Of a DNA stretch of 64,000 nucleotides, positions 62,945 to 64,000 are shown piece after piece. The position numbers were made by a program, and so were the translations under genes. The notes under the pieces were generated by a model, which did no database searches, was not told the origin of the DNA, and worked only from the letters and a program-made list of their open reading frames with translations. The stretch's first letter is position 1; each line of letters starts with the position of its first letter. Origin of the DNA: Octopus vulgaris (lineage: Eukaryota); contig OX597838.1 in NCBI GenBank assembly GCA_951406725.2, positions 24,552,001 through 24,616,000 on the forward strand, in the 5' to 3' direction.

Positions 62945-63575
62945 GAGTGAACGCTACAGAGGAGGGTGAACACTGCAGTGAGTGGTGGAACATGGTGTGG
63001 TGAACATGACAGAAGACAGTGAATACTGTAGAGGATAGTAAAACACAGTGCGGTGAACACCACAAGAGATAGTGAACATGACAGTGGGTAGTGAAATATG
63101 GTGTGGTGAACATTGCAGAGAATAGTGCACACTATAGTAGTGAACATTACAGAGAATAGTAAACACTGCAGTGAGTAACAAAACATGTCGTAGTGAACAT
63201 TGCAGAGGAATGTGAACACTTTAGTAAGTAGTGAAACATGGTGTAGTGATCATGTCAGAGGATAGTAAACACTTTAGAGGAGTGTAAACACTACAGTGAG
63301 TAGTGAGAGATGGTGTAGCAAACATTACAGACGATAGTGAACACTACAATAAGTAATGAAACCCAGTGTAGTGAACATTATAGAGGTTAGTGAACACTAC
63401 AGTAAGTTGTGAAACATGGTATTGTGAACACTACAGTGAATAGGGAAACATGGTGTGGTCGACACTGTAGACGATAATGAACATTACAGTGTGTAGTGAA
63501 ATGTGGATTGGTGAACACTGCTCAGGATAGTGAGCACACAGTAACACAGTGAATGCTGTGGTGAACACTATGATA
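62945..63575. repeat. Degenerate minisatellite, about 52-bp period built from GTGAACA sub-units
   Basis: agaggatagtgaacactacagtgagtagtgaaacatggtgtggtgaacatt recurring. Confidence 0.8.
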
Positions 63576-63724
63576 GAATTAAACTTGAACATCATTTTAC
63601 TTTGCTGCAACTGTTGTTATTGTTGTTTAAGCCCTAGCTATCCCACTTTAAAGTAAACCTATGAGGAAAGGCATTTGACACAAATGCGCATCTAAACTTA
63701 ATACCTAATATCAGTGAGACAAGG

Positions 63725-64000
63725 CATCATCATCATCATCATCGTTTAACGTCCGCTTTCCATGCTAGCATGGGTTGGACGATTTGACTGAGGGCTGGCG
63801 AACCAGATGGCTGCACCAGGCTCCAATCTGATCTGGCAGTGTTTCTACAGCTGGATGTCCTTCCTAACGCCAACCACTCCGAGAGTGTAGTGGGTGCTTT
63901 TACATGCCACCGGCACGAGGGCCAGTCAGGCAGTACTGGCAATGACCTCGCTTGAATCTTTTTACACATGCCAACGGAACAGGTGCCAATAAAGCGATGC
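63725..64000 (-). mobile_element. RTE-associated 3'-end repeat with (GAT)n tail, representative copy
   Basis: Motif GGTTGGCGTTAGGAAGGGCATCCAGCTGTAGAAAC; copies at about 13780-14040, 17970-18260(+), 20440-20660, 28785-29150, 52500-52830 and shorter relics. Confidence 0.75.

Noticed and set aside
62876-63219. 138-aa hydrophobic ORF as a CFAP251 N-terminus
   Set aside because: The upstream part is minisatellite; only 62807-62875 has splice signals and homology.

Overview
This is AT-rich, microsatellite-dense animal genomic DNA; the SINE/LINE repertoire points to an octopus (inference). Two spliced genes lie head-to-tail on the minus strand. The first is the 3' part of CFAP251/WDR66 (17 exons, 62875 to stop at 37017, about 628 aa, 5' end outside the window). 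The second is a complete 7-exon PIGL (34451 to 17750, 261 aa). All exons were read by hand, with GT-AG ends and consistent phases. Introns and intergenic DNA contain tRNA-derived SINEs, RTE/CR1/Dong-type LINE fragments, mariner/Tc1 relics, piggyBac-type and mariner-type MITEs, and minisatellites. The most notable signal is a four-copy non-coding retroelement family with a tRNA-like Pol III head, a minimal type-I hammerhead ribozyme motif, inverted arms with a one-sided tail, and 9-14 bp target-site duplications. It looks like a Penelope-mobilised ribozyme SINE, and one copy forms a ~550-bp fold-back just past the PIGL stop. At least two other hammerhead-bearing families are present. Most entries in the ORF track are microsatellite artefacts.
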